The notes beneath the pieces are model-generated. The model saw only the letters and a list, made by a program, of their open reading frames with translations. It did not search any database and had not been told where the DNA came from. Of a stretch of 37,474 nucleotides of DNA, positions 1-9,334 are shown one piece after another (position 1 is the first letter of the stretch; each line of letters begins with the position of its first letter). Made by a program: the position numbers and the translations under genes. Source of the stretch: an uncultured Candidatus Saccharibacteria bacterium (GTDB lineage: Bacteria; Patescibacteriota; Minisyncoccia; Phycocordibacterales; CALRHW01); contig CAYTVX010000001.1 in assembly GCA_964441885.1 (NCBI GenBank), forward strand, positions 6,559 through 44,032, written 5' to 3'.

Positions 1-63
1 AGCGATGACAACAACAGTCATTCTGAATATGTATTTTTTTTGTTTAGATGTCATGAGAATAAC

Positions 64-741
64 TTAATTTGTAACTGCTGTAATTGTGGACGTTGAAACA
101 TAAGTACCTTCTGGAACAGAGCTGTTAGGACTTACTGTGAGTCTCCAAACGATAGTGGATGTTGCACCTGAAGCTGCTGTGTACGTATTTGATACAAGTG
201 TAGATGTTGCTGTAGTCGATAGACCCATCCAACACGTTGCTGATGTGCTTGTATCCACTCCTCCAGCTGAGTTACACACACTTGCTCCATCGTCTAAAAA
301 CTTTTGTGCCATAAAAGTAGTAGAACTTCCTGACACTGTAAACCCAAACTCCTCACCAGATGGCACTGAATACGCATAGTCTGGAATACCCGCAGTTGCT
401 GGTGTGTAGTCAGCAATTGTACCGGCCACATTTCCTTGCATTGCTGGTGAAGAACTTGCCTTTATTGTTGCTGTAAATCCACTTGTATCGTTTGTGAATA
501 TTCTTACTGTGGTAGAACCATATGACACACCTCCAGTAAGACCGGCAATAGAACCGTTCATTGTGAGATCACTTGTAGGAGTCACGAATGAAATTTCTGA
601 TGTAATAACCTGCGTAACGGTAAACTGATCTTCAATAGCCCTTGTTACTAAGGGTTCGATAAACACAAAACCCAAAGCTAATGTGAGGGTGATGAAGAAG
701 CTTGCCGCAATTGATTGCCCCGCATTAATTTTTCTGATCAT
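64..741 (-). CDS. secreted/surface beta-rich protein, family unknown (signal-anchor N-terminus; WxL- or SCPU-like C-terminal motif)
   Basis: 225-aa ORF. It has a hydrophobic N-terminal segment (AASFFITLTLALGFVFI) followed by a Thr/Ser/Gly-rich body. The C-terminus reads 'IVWRLTVSPNSSVPEGTYVSTSTITAV', which resembles terminal strands of WxL/SCPU-type surface proteins. The family call is by eye only. Confidence 0.55.
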   Translation of the reverse strand: MIRKINAGQSIAASFFITLTLALGFVFIEPLVTRAIEDQFTVTQVITSEISFVTPTSDLTMNGSIAGLTGGVSYGSTTVRIFTNDTSGFTATIKASSSPAMQGNVAGTIADYTPATAGIPDYAYSVPSGEEFGFTVSGSSTTFMAQKFLDDGASVCNSAGGVDTSTSATCWMGLSTTATSTLVSNTYTAASGATSTIVWRLTVSPNSSVPEGTYVSTSTITAVTN

Positions 742-797
742 AATAATTTCTTCTTAATAATTTTTTAATAATTTTTTCGACCTTTTAGGCTAGAGCC

Positions 798-830
798 TAT
801 CCTCGAAGCTCTTCTAGAGCACCGAGGATA
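798..830 (-). terminator. stem-loop between two minus-strand genes (possible terminator or processing site)
   Basis: An 8-bp outer stem pairs tatcctcg (798-805) with cgaggata (823-830), with an inner gctct/agagc stem. No clean U-run follows on the minus strand, so a terminator function is uncertain. Confidence 0.3.
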
Positions 831-839
831 AACACCAAC

Positions 840-1712
840 TTAATCTCCAACGGGCACCACCACATATAAATAATCTTGATCTGAAGACTTTTTGAACACA
901 GGCTTTATCACGCCAGAAGTCCCAGAATTGTCTGGATAAACTTTTGTCTCATCTGAAAATGAATCTTTGATTTTCTTTTTAAGCCTTTCATCTTCCACAG
1001 CGTTTCCCGTACTTGGTGAGGTCACAACACCGATATGGTTATACTCGGAATCATTTTTGTTGACCGCATCAATATGTTTTGTATCAAGTAAAACAAAAGT
1101 ATTTACTGTTTCAAAATTAAATAAACCAGAAATAAAATGATAAGTGTTGAGTGCGAGGTGATCTAAAAATCTTCCTGCAGAATTAAAAATAGAAGAACCA
1201 TTTACTGACTGTAGTGCAAGTGCAAATTGTGAAGTGGCACTTGGTAATGTTTTTAAAACTAGTGTTTGATTGAAAGAAATAAAATCACCAGAAAGAATTG
1301 TGACTTTTGATTGAAAATCTTTGTTGTGTGAAATACTTACAAAGAAAAATATAAGGGAAAGTAGAGGAATAAGCGCCAAGTAAAAAAGTGTCTTTTTTAG
1401 CTTTTCGTCCAAGATTGAAGAGAGAGAGAAATCTCGTGAAGGCTGAAGCTGATTGAAGGTTTCAGAAAATGGTTGTAAATAGTGATTTATGGTTGGTGGA
1501 AAATATATAATTCCGCGTGACTTTTCTGAAGCATTTTTTTTATGCTCCAAGACAGAGTCTTCGCCCATAAACCAACCCCTTCCCACACGCCTTGCTTCAA
1601 TTTTAAATCCACGACAAAGTTGTCCGATATAATCCGAATTATAGCCAGTTATTTCAGAAGCTCGTTTAGCCGAGATGTACTTTTTTCCTTCAAAATATAG
1701 CTCACTGTTCAT
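840..1712 (-). CDS. membrane protein with N-terminal excisionase/MerR-like helix-turn-helix
   Basis: 290-aa ORF. The N-terminus 'KYISAKRASEITGYNSDYIGQLCRGFKIEARRVGRGWFM' looks like an HTH_17/excisionase-type motif. One clear TM segment (LFYLALIPLLSLIFFFVSI) follows, then an uncharacterised C-terminal domain. Confidence 0.6.
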   Translation of the reverse strand: MNSELYFEGKKYISAKRASEITGYNSDYIGQLCRGFKIEARRVGRGWFMGEDSVLEHKKNASEKSRGIIYFPPTINHYLQPFSETFNQLQPSRDFSLSSILDEKLKKTLFYLALIPLLSLIFFFVSISHNKDFQSKVTILSGDFISFNQTLVLKTLPSATSQFALALQSVNGSSIFNSAGRFLDHLALNTYHFISGLFNFETVNTFVLLDTKHIDAVNKNDSEYNHIGVVTSPSTGNAVEDERLKKKIKDSFSDETKVYPDNSGTSGVIKPVFKKSSDQDYLYVVVPVGD

Positions 1713-1951
1713 TGGTATAAGTATAACTTTTTAGCTAGATTTTTTGAACGATTTTTTGGGGATAGCTTTGTTATTTTTTTATATATTTTTTTCTGTTTAA
1801 TTTTTATTAAACAAAGACTTTTTTAGAGCAGAAATATGTTGAAAAATATAACATCAGATTATTTACCTAAGGATGAAGTAGATCTCTGAAATATTTTTCA
1901 ATGCAGGATATTTTATAAAAACAGACGGTACTTAATTTTAATAAGTAAAAG

Positions 1952-1977
1952 TTATCAACATACATGAACATTGATAA
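1952..1977. promoter_or_regulatory. candidate operator: inverted repeat TTATCAA-N12-TTGATAA in a divergent intergenic region
   Basis: Perfect 7-bp arms at 1952-1958 and 1971-1977, about 60-90 nt upstream of the MerR-like gene. They lie in the 327-bp AT-rich region shared with the divergent HTH-membrane gene. Confidence 0.3.
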
Positions 1978-2039
1978 ACTATACAAATTTGTTTATTATT
2001 ACTACTAATGTTTATTAAGGTTTATCTAAGTTTTATCCA

Positions 2040-2282
2040 ATGAATGAATCATTTCTCACAATCAAACAAACAGCAAAAATTTTAGGTGTCACACCCCTTA
2101 CGCTCCGCAATTGGGACAAAGCTGGAAAGTTTGAAGCGAGTCGACACCCAATAAATAATTACCGTGTATACAAAAAAGAAGACGTGGAGGCATTTATCGC
2201 ATACATGGGATCAAAAAATTCAAACACACGAAAGAGAGGAAATCAAGTTAAAAAATTGGATGTTTTACATCTCGAAGATTAA
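2040..2282 (+). CDS. MerR-superfamily/excisionase-type HTH DNA-binding protein
   Basis: 80-aa ORF. 'LTIKQTAKILGVTPLTLRNWDKAGKF...RHPINNYRVYKKEDVEAFI' is a typical MerR/HTH_17 signature. Confidence 0.75.
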   Translation: MNESFLTIKQTAKILGVTPLTLRNWDKAGKFEASRHPINNYRVYKKEDVEAFIAYMGSKNSNTRKRGNQVKKLDVLHLED

Positions 2283-2300
2283 GAACAACAATCCGCAAAT

Positions 2301-2336
2301 AAAAACACCATTTCAATTTTGAAACGGTGTTTTTAT
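2301..2336. terminator. bidirectional intrinsic terminator between convergent genes
   Basis: The hairpin pairs aaaaacaccatttc with gaaacggtgttttt (one wobble). It has an A-run on its left and a T-run on its right. It lies between the MerR-like gene (+) and gatB (-). Confidence 0.7.
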
Positions 2337-2353
2337 TTTACTTATTTTATTTT

Positions 2354-3799
2354 TTACTTTAACAATTCAATTAAAATTTCTTTTAAAACAGTTGGGTTCG
2401 CAGAACCTTTTGTAGCTTTCATTCCCTGCCCCACAAAAAATTGTAGAGCTGACTCTTTTCCCTTTTTATAATCAACAACAACATTTGGATTATCTGCGAC
2501 AATTTTTTCTATTACAACTTTCAAATCATCCACGTTGCTTTGCTGAAGCAAATGTTCTGACTCAGCAATTTCTTCTGGCGCCCCACCACTCTCATACATA
2601 ATTTTCAAAATATCTTTTGCTCCACGAGAAGAGACTTTTTCCTCACCCACCATACGCATCAGTTTACCAAAACTAGGTGCCTGTATTTTTACTTCTATGT
2701 TGGCCAAGGCCTCGTCTATATTTGAAGTAGCAGACTTTATGAGACCGAGCAGATCTGATGAGATATAGTTTGAAGCCAATCTCACAAGCTTCTTGTCCCC
2801 TTCAAAAGAAGACACGGCCAATTCAAAGTAAGTACCAAGAGCTGTGAGTCGCACATACATTTCTGCATCCTCTGCTTTCATTCCATAATTTTTTATAAAA
2901 CGCTCTCTCCTCTCCCACGGCAACTCAGGCATACTTTTCATAAGCACTTTGTTTGAAAATTCTTCTATCTGAGAAATATAAATTTTTGGAAGATCTGGAT
3001 CTGGAAAATATCTGTAATCATGAGAGTCTTCTTTTAAACGCTGAGAAAAAGTAACTTCCTTTTGCTCATCCCACCCCCTAGTTTCTTGTATCACCTTTTC
3101 ACCTATTTCAATCAACTCAACATGTCTTTTAGTTTCGTATTCAATTGCCTTCTCAACAGCTCTAAAAGAATTTAGATTTTTTACTTCCACCTTTGTACCA
3201 AGCACTCCTTCTTTATTACTTACAGAGATATTAGCCTCAACACGCATCTCCCCCTTTTCCATATTTGCCTCCCCCGCTCCAAGATACTGTAATAAAAGCT
3301 GCAACTCCCGTGCAAAACTAGAAGCCTCTTGTGCACTATGAATCACGGGCTCTGTAACGAGCTCCATAAGGGGCACTCCTGCACGATTAAAGTCTACGAG
3401 ACTGTGATCCCCCTTTTCATGAGAAGACTTGGCTGTATCCTCTTCCAGATGCACACGAGTGAGTGCTACGCCTGCAATATGACCACCAGAGACGAGTGGA
3501 TGCTTGTATTGGCTAATCTGATACCCCTTTGGAATATCTGGATAGAAATAGTTTTTTCTATCAAACTCAGTGAAGTCTGCGAGCTTTCCACCCACCGCAA
3601 GACCAAGTCGAAGCACCTGCCTCACAGCCTCTTTATTTATCACAGGTAAAGTTCCGGGATGACCCATACACACAGGACACACATTTGTATTTGGACGTTT
3701 TTCCTCAGGATTATTCTTTGAGTTACAAAACATCTTTGTCTGAGTTTTTAGCTCTGCATGTACTTCCAAACCAACTGTTAACTTATAGTCAGATGACAT
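2354..3799 (-). CDS. gatB: Asp-tRNA(Asn)/Glu-tRNA(Gln) amidotransferase subunit B
   Basis: 481 aa, with GatB-typical blocks along the full length: 'GLEVHAEL', 'CPVCMGHPGTLP', 'DFNRAGVPLMELVTEP', and a C-terminal YqeY-like tail. Confidence 0.95.
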   Translation of the reverse strand: MSSDYKLTVGLEVHAELKTQTKMFCNSKNNPEEKRPNTNVCPVCMGHPGTLPVINKEAVRQVLRLGLAVGGKLADFTEFDRKNYFYPDIPKGYQISQYKHPLVSGGHIAGVALTRVHLEEDTAKSSHEKGDHSLVDFNRAGVPLMELVTEPVIHSAQEASSFARELQLLLQYLGAGEANMEKGEMRVEANISVSNKEGVLGTKVEVKNLNSFRAVEKAIEYETKRHVELIEIGEKVIQETRGWDEQKEVTFSQRLKEDSHDYRYFPDPDLPKIYISQIEEFSNKVLMKSMPELPWERRERFIKNYGMKAEDAEMYVRLTALGTYFELAVSSFEGDKKLVRLASNYISSDLLGLIKSATSNIDEALANIEVKIQAPSFGKLMRMVGEEKVSSRGAKDILKIMYESGGAPEEIAESEHLLQQSNVDDLKVVIEKIVADNPNVVVDYKKGKESALQFFVGQGMKATKGSANPTVLKEILIELLK

Positions 3800-3804
3800 A
3801 AAAT

Positions 3805-4770
3805 TTATTTAAGTTTTTTTACAAGATTGTCTTTAAACTCCTTTACTGAATCATCGTCCAATATTGATACTGAGAAAATTTCTTTATTGTGTTTTGACAG
3901 TGCTTTCTTTTTTTCTTTCAAAACCGCTTCTGTTACGGCATCTGTTTTTGTAAGTACAATAATTTCTTTTTTTAACTCAAGCTCTTGCCCATAGTCAGCA
4001 AGCTCTTTACGAATTGTCTTGTATACACCCACCACATCTTCATTTTCAACTGAAATACAATGTAGGAGCATTCGTGTACGTTTTATATGTCTCAAAAATT
4101 TATGCCCCAAACCCCTACCCTGAGAAGCTCCTTCAATGAGACCCGGAATATCTGCGATAATGAAACCATACATATCACCTAGATTTGGCTCTAGAGTTGT
4201 AAACTCATAATTACCCACCATCGCTTTTGCATTAGTAAGTGCGTTTAACAAGCTAGACTTTCCTGCGTTTGGAAGTCCCACAAGACCTAGATCAGCAACG
4301 AGTTCAAGCTCTATAAAAAAATCTGACCCTTCACCTTCTTTTCCATTTGTAAATTCTTTTGGACGAATATTGGTAGAGGCTTTGAAGTGCTCATTGCCCA
4401 AGCCACCACGACCACCCTCAAGTATCAGCAATTTTTCTCCACTCTTTAAAAGACTGAACTTTTTCCCAGTCGTAAGATTGGTCAACACACTACCGACAGG
4501 AAAATCAATAATGAGATCTTTTCCATTTTTACCATGCATACTATTTTTAAGTCCTGGTCCACCATCTTCTGAAACAATCTCTTTGACGTGTTTGTACTTA
4601 CGAAAAATAGCCAGGTCTCGTACGGCCTGTATATACACATTTCCACCTCCTCCACCGTTACCACCAGCGGGCCCAGCATGATCCTTGCCCTTTTCCTGAC
4701 GCCAACGCACCACGCCGTTTCCGCCGTTTCCTGCCTTTATATGAAGTTTTAGTTCGTCGATAAATGCCAT
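3805..4770 (-). CDS. obg: GTPase Obg/CgtA (short form without a long C-terminal domain)
   Basis: 'MAFIDELKLHIKAGNGGNG', a Gly-rich Obg fold, G1 'GLPNAGKSSL', G3 'DIPGLIEGAS' and G4 'TKTD'. At 321 aa it ends soon after the G domain. Confidence 0.95.
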   Translation of the reverse strand: MAFIDELKLHIKAGNGGNGVVRWRQEKGKDHAGPAGGNGGGGGNVYIQAVRDLAIFRKYKHVKEIVSEDGGPGLKNSMHGKNGKDLIIDFPVGSVLTNLTTGKKFSLLKSGEKLLILEGGRGGLGNEHFKASTNIRPKEFTNGKEGEGSDFFIELELVADLGLVGLPNAGKSSLLNALTNAKAMVGNYEFTTLEPNLGDMYGFIIADIPGLIEGASQGRGLGHKFLRHIKRTRMLLHCISVENEDVVGVYKTIRKELADYGQELELKKEIIVLTKTDAVTEAVLKEKKKALSKHNKEIFSVSILDDDSVKEFKDNLVKKLK

Positions 4771-4797
4771 CTTATACTTGATACTATAGTATTTTGG

Positions 4798-5691
4798 CTA
4801 GTTTTCAAGTGCGATTTTCGCAAGTGCGATTGCTCCCTCCTTAGATTTTGCTACTGCAAGAAAAAGTTTACTGTGACAAAAGAGTGAATCCTCTACACCA
4901 GTTACATCTGCAAGCTCCTTATCTCTCTTTCCACCCCAACTCGCAGGAAAATTTTTTCTATTTTTAAATACTTGAGAACCATCACAAACAGCATTTACTT
5001 TCCAAAAATCATTCACCGGTTCATAAAAAACAACAAAGAGTGGCTCTGGGTGACTCATCAAAACATCAAACCAAGGATACTTTCCAGAAAGCACCACCAA
5101 ACGTTTATCTTCTGCTAGCGCATAATCTTTCTCTACCAAAGCTTCTGCTTCCTTAGAATCTCTTATAGCAATCACTTGTCTTTCAAGAATTTTTTTTGCA
5201 AGGGGCACCATTTCAAAAAATCTTTCATCATTTGACTCTCCAGTCTCTTTCCATGAAACACGAAAGACATGCATAATGTCTTGAATTGTGTACGGTAAAA
5301 AACCGTCTTCATTGGAGCTATAAATATTTACACCATTATCATTGGCATCAATCGGCAAAATTAATTTTTCATCAACAGCGTCTGCTACCTCCCTGCTACC
5401 ACAAATCTGCTCACCATATTTTTTCCAAACAAGACCAGCAGAAGCAAAGGGAATTCCATTTTGTCGTGCTCCCGCTCCACCGGTTTGATGATGATCAAAT
5501 CTGTTTTTTGATTCATCATACTCTCCGCCTATATCTACAAGAAAATCTGCATTTGCAAATTGTGCTTCATCTCGTGTGCGCACTACTTCTATCTGTGCTT
5601 CACCACCAAGAGCTATTTGTAATATGGCAACAGCAAACACATCATCAGAATGAAAATTGCCGTTGTGGGTAACAATCTTTAGAGTATTCAT
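4798..5691 (-). CDS. MYG1/UPF0160 family metal-dependent hydrolase
   Basis: The N-terminus 'IVTHNGNFHSDDVFAVAIL' and the later 'FDHHQ' motif are characteristic of the MYG1 family. Confidence 0.85.
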   Translation of the reverse strand: MNTLKIVTHNGNFHSDDVFAVAILQIALGGEAQIEVVRTRDEAQFANADFLVDIGGEYDESKNRFDHHQTGGAGARQNGIPFASAGLVWKKYGEQICGSREVADAVDEKLILPIDANDNGVNIYSSNEDGFLPYTIQDIMHVFRVSWKETGESNDERFFEMVPLAKKILERQVIAIRDSKEAEALVEKDYALAEDKRLVVLSGKYPWFDVLMSHPEPLFVVFYEPVNDFWKVNAVCDGSQVFKNRKNFPASWGGKRDKELADVTGVEDSLFCHSKLFLAVAKSKEGAIALAKIALEN

Positions 5692-5708
5692 GTGAAAAAC
5701 ATAACACG

Positions 5709-8396
5709 CTAAGAGACTGCGTGCAAATGTTTATGTCCCAAACGCCTAACGATAAATTTTCTAAACTCTTCAATAATAATTACAATCGTTGATATTGAAA
5801 TGATAGCAATCCACTCGTTTAAACCCAAAGCTGTAGTATGAAGAATCTTTTGCATAAAGGGTGTATAAACAGCCACAAGCTGTAAACCAACTACAATTAT
5901 AGTCGCACCGACCAGATACCAATTTGAAAATATTCTTTTTGTAAAAATAGAGTTATTTTCTGATCTACAATTCCAAGCATTAAACCACTGAAATACGGCA
6001 AGTGTAGTGAGAGACATAGTCCAACCCATCACCATATCCAATTCATAAACCTGTTTAAATACGTAAAGTGTACCAACCATCATTACCGCACCCATCATAA
6101 TAATTCTAAAAATAGCTGTCCTATCTATAAAAAACTTATTTCGTAAATGTGTGCCAATTTTAGCAAGCTTCTCTCTAGGCTCTAAAGCCATCGCAACCAC
6201 CAAAAATCCGTCTGTTACAAGGTTGAGCCACAAAATCTGACTTGGCAAAAGAGGAAGTGGCATTATGAAACACAAAGCCCCAACCACCACGAGCAACTCA
6301 CCCATACCTGTAGAAAAAAGATAAAGGATGACTTTCTTTATGCTTGCGTAAATATTTCTTCCCTCTTCTATAGCGGCAATAATACTTTTAAAATTATCAT
6401 CAAGTAAAATAATGTCTGCAGCCTCTTTTGTAACCTCTGTACCAATTTTACCCATTGCGATACCCAAATCTGCGGCAACCAAAGAAAGTGCGTCGTTTAC
6501 ACCATCCCCCGTCATAGCAATAATGTCGCCACGCAATTTATATGCCTCAATTATTCTTAGCTTGTGCTCTGGCGTCACTCGCGCAAAAACAGTGACAGCT
6601 CCAATATGATGAGCGAGCTCTTTTACACTCATGCTTTCCAGTTCTTTTCCCATCATCACCCTATCTCCCACATTAAAAATACCAGCTTCCTGAGCAAGAG
6701 CTTCAGCTGTGATCTTATGATCACCAGTAATCATCACTACCTTAATTCCATTTTCTTGCGCCAATCGCACAGATTCAAATACATTTTCCCTAAGTACATC
6801 TCGCATTGCAAAAAGACCCACCAGAGTAAGTGGTGGCAAATTATCAAGCTCCACATCTTCGCCCGCGTTTTCATTTACAGCACAAGCAATCACACGAAGT
6901 CCCCTTCTTGAAAGACTGTGAATTTGTGTTTCAAAAAGATCTTTATCTGCGGGTGATATTTTTTCTTTGCCATTCTTATTCCATACAAACGTTGCAAGTG
7001 AAAGTATCTTTTCTGGCTCTCCAACTATAGTGAGAAACTTTTTTCCTTTTACACTGTGAAGTGTAGTGTGAAATTTTCTTATAGAATCAAAGGCAATATC
7101 CAAAACCCTTGGTTCTTCTTTTTCTAAATCATCTTTATCAAAGCCAACCTTTTCACCAAAAACCAACATTGCCGCTTCGGTAGGATCTCCAGATACTTTC
7201 CACACACCTTCCTTCTCCAAAAAAGAAACACGAGCATCTGCACAAAATGTACCTATTTTCCCCATATAAAGTAACTCTGGATGATTGGCTGGATCTACCA
7301 CCTGTCCATCAAGTTTCACCTCACCACTAGAATCATATCCACTACCATAAACCTCAAACATACTCCCCCCCACAAATACACGCTCAATCATCAACTCATT
7401 CTTTGTAATAGTCCCTGTTTTATCTACAGCAATAATTTTTGCTTGACCAAGCGCTTCCACCGCCTGCAATTTTTTTACCAAAGCGTTGCGCTTTGCCATT
7501 CTATATACACCAGTAGCAAGCACTAAAGTAATGACTATTGGTAAACCCTCTGGAATAAGAGATACGGCAACGGCGACAGAAGTAAGAAACATATCTCTTA
7601 CAGAATTTCCAAAATATATACCCAACACAAACACAAGCGCGCTTATTACCAACACAGCGACACTCAAAAATCTAGACAACTTCTGAATATCTTTTTTTAA
7701 AGGAGCATCAGAATCTATGGTAATAATTTTTTGAGAAATTTTACCTATAACAGTATCCACACCGGTAGATACTACGAGCGCACGAGCAGTACCAGCAACA
7801 ACAAAAGTGCCCTTGAAAGCCATGTTGCGCTGATCTGCTTCTGGAACATCTTTACCCTCAACCACTCCGGATTCTTTTTGTACCGCCAATGATTCTCCAG
7901 TAAGAGCAGACTCATCTACCTTAAAATTGGTCGTCTCTATGAGTCGTACATCCGCTGACAGCTTATTTCCTTCTCGCAATATCACAATATCTCCTACCAC
8001 AAGCTCTTCGTCTAGTACCACCATCTCTCGAGCGTCTCGCACCACCACAGCATCAGTTTTAGTAAAATTTTTTAATGCCGCAAGAGTGTTTTGTGCCTTA
8101 CCCTCTTGTAAAAAACCAATAATGGCGTTGGCAATAAGAACAAATAAAATAATGTACGCATCTACATGCTCACCCAAAAAAAACACAATCACAGCAGAAA
8201 CGAGCAAAATGTATATAAGTGAACTCTGAAACTGTCTTAAAAAAAGCACAATATGACCCTCTACCCGAGCGTCTGGGAGCTTGTTTGGCCCATTTTTTTT
8301 CAACCTTATTTCTACTTCACTCTGTGTAAGTCCATGCGTGTCTGAAAAAAGAGTGGCTAGTGATTCTGATACGGTTTTAGCATACCAATTATTCAT
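5709..8396 (-). CDS. cation-transporting P-type ATPase (P2/Ca2+-type-like)
   Basis: 895 aa with 'LTGES', the phosphorylation site 'DKTGTIT', 'MITGDH', 'TGDGVNDA' and about 10 TM segments. Confidence 0.95.
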   Translation of the reverse strand: MNNWYAKTVSESLATLFSDTHGLTQSEVEIRLKKNGPNKLPDARVEGHIVLFLRQFQSSLIYILLVSAVIVFFLGEHVDAYIILFVLIANAIIGFLQEGKAQNTLAALKNFTKTDAVVVRDAREMVVLDEELVVGDIVILREGNKLSADVRLIETTNFKVDESALTGESLAVQKESGVVEGKDVPEADQRNMAFKGTFVVAGTARALVVSTGVDTVIGKISQKIITIDSDAPLKKDIQKLSRFLSVAVLVISALVFVLGIYFGNSVRDMFLTSVAVAVSLIPEGLPIVITLVLATGVYRMAKRNALVKKLQAVEALGQAKIIAVDKTGTITKNELMIERVFVGGSMFEVYGSGYDSSGEVKLDGQVVDPANHPELLYMGKIGTFCADARVSFLEKEGVWKVSGDPTEAAMLVFGEKVGFDKDDLEKEEPRVLDIAFDSIRKFHTTLHSVKGKKFLTIVGEPEKILSLATFVWNKNGKEKISPADKDLFETQIHSLSRRGLRVIACAVNENAGEDVELDNLPPLTLVGLFAMRDVLRENVFESVRLAQENGIKVVMITGDHKITAEALAQEAGIFNVGDRVMMGKELESMSVKELAHHIGAVTVFARVTPEHKLRIIEAYKLRGDIIAMTGDGVNDALSLVAADLGIAMGKIGTEVTKEAADIILLDDNFKSIIAAIEEGRNIYASIKKVILYLFSTGMGELLVVVGALCFIMPLPLLPSQILWLNLVTDGFLVVAMALEPREKLAKIGTHLRNKFFIDRTAIFRIIMMGAVMMVGTLYVFKQVYELDMVMGWTMSLTTLAVFQWFNAWNCRSENNSIFTKRIFSNWYLVGATIIVVGLQLVAVYTPFMQKILHTTALGLNEWIAIISISTIVIIIEEFRKFIVRRLGHKHLHAVS

Positions 8397-8400
8397 AAAT

Positions 8401-8946
8401 TTATTTTATACTAAAAATTTTAGATCTCTTCTTTTCCGCAATAAAAGTAACTACCATAAGCGCGAAAATTGTGAGCGCCATCACAGGAATAGTAATATAG
8501 CCAAATTCTAAAACGTATTGTTTTGCACAAGCGCCACCATCAGATGTGCAAGGAGTAAACGAATGCCCTCCGAGATTTGTAAAAGAATGATAAAAGGCTA
8601 CGATTCCACCAAGTACAGAAAGCCCATAAGCATAAGGCAGGATGCTTTTATCTTTCCACCAAAAACCCAAACCAAGTAAGACTACTTGTGGATACAAAAA
8701 TAGACGCTGGACCCAACACAATATACACGGCTCAAAACCAACCACCTCAGAATAAATCAGACTCCCCAAAAGACCGCTGAGAGCCAGCAGGAAAGATATT
8801 CCAAGCGCACGCTCTCCCACCCATGACACAGTACGATCGGCAAAACCATTCTTAATCACTAAACATAAAATAAAAAGCACTAAAACGACATCTGCAAATA
8901 GTGTGCCCCAAGAAAATACTGCTGTAACTAATTCAGAAATATTCAT
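8401..8946 (-). CDS. disulfide bond formation protein, DsbB/BdbC family
   Basis: 'SLIYSEVVGFEPCILCWVQRLFLYP' (CxxC) and a second pair in 'PCTSDGGACAKQYVLEFGYITIP' closely parallel Bacillus BdbC. It also has an extra N-terminal TM extension of about 45 aa. Confidence 0.8.
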   Translation of the reverse strand: MNISELVTAVFSWGTLFADVVLVLFILCLVIKNGFADRTVSWVGERALGISFLLALSGLLGSLIYSEVVGFEPCILCWVQRLFLYPQVVLLGLGFWWKDKSILPYAYGLSVLGGIVAFYHSFTNLGGHSFTPCTSDGGACAKQYVLEFGYITIPVMALTIFALMVVTFIAEKKRSKIFSIK

Positions 8947-8956
8947 TTATATAATT

Positions 8957-9325
8957 TTAAGGAAGGGTGCAACTAGTCATTTGAGCAAGCTCCTCCAAAG
9001 AAAGTACCTTTTCTACCCGACTTCCATCCTTAAAGTCCCAAGTTGGATATTTTTTTATATTCTTATCTACACACACCTGCATAGTCCCGTTGCTGTCTGG
9101 AGTAGAACATTCTACATAAGTTAAATTTTTTATTGATTTACCAAACAAAGCCTTTTGATCTCTACAATGCGGACACCAGAATGCTCCGTAAAATATAGCT
9201 CCGCTATCCTTTACGCAAGAGGCAAAACTATCAAGCTTGCCTGGCTTACCAGGAGATTTTACCAGCAAAATCGTTCCAGCAATGATCAATAATATAACCA
9301 CAATAGCAATCAATTTTCCTTTCAT
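8957..9325 (-). CDS. membrane-anchored thioredoxin-like protein (VKOR-associated Trx-domain type)
   Basis: N-terminal TM, then 'FYGAFWCPHCRDQKALFG...YVEC...YPTWDF', a pattern typical of the Trx-like domain fused to bacterial VKOR proteins. Confidence 0.8.
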   Translation of the reverse strand: MKGKLIAIVVILLIIAGTILLVKSPGKPGKLDSFASCVKDSGAIFYGAFWCPHCRDQKALFGKSIKNLTYVECSTPDSNGTMQVCVDKNIKKYPTWDFKDGSRVEKVLSLEELAQMTSCTLP

Positions 9326-9334
9326 ATAAAAATA

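Noticed and set aside
1-21. A possible minus-strand gene start (ATGACTGTTGTTGTCATCGCT, MTVVVIA...) running off the left edge.
   Set aside because: Only 7 codons are visible, so it cannot be supported.
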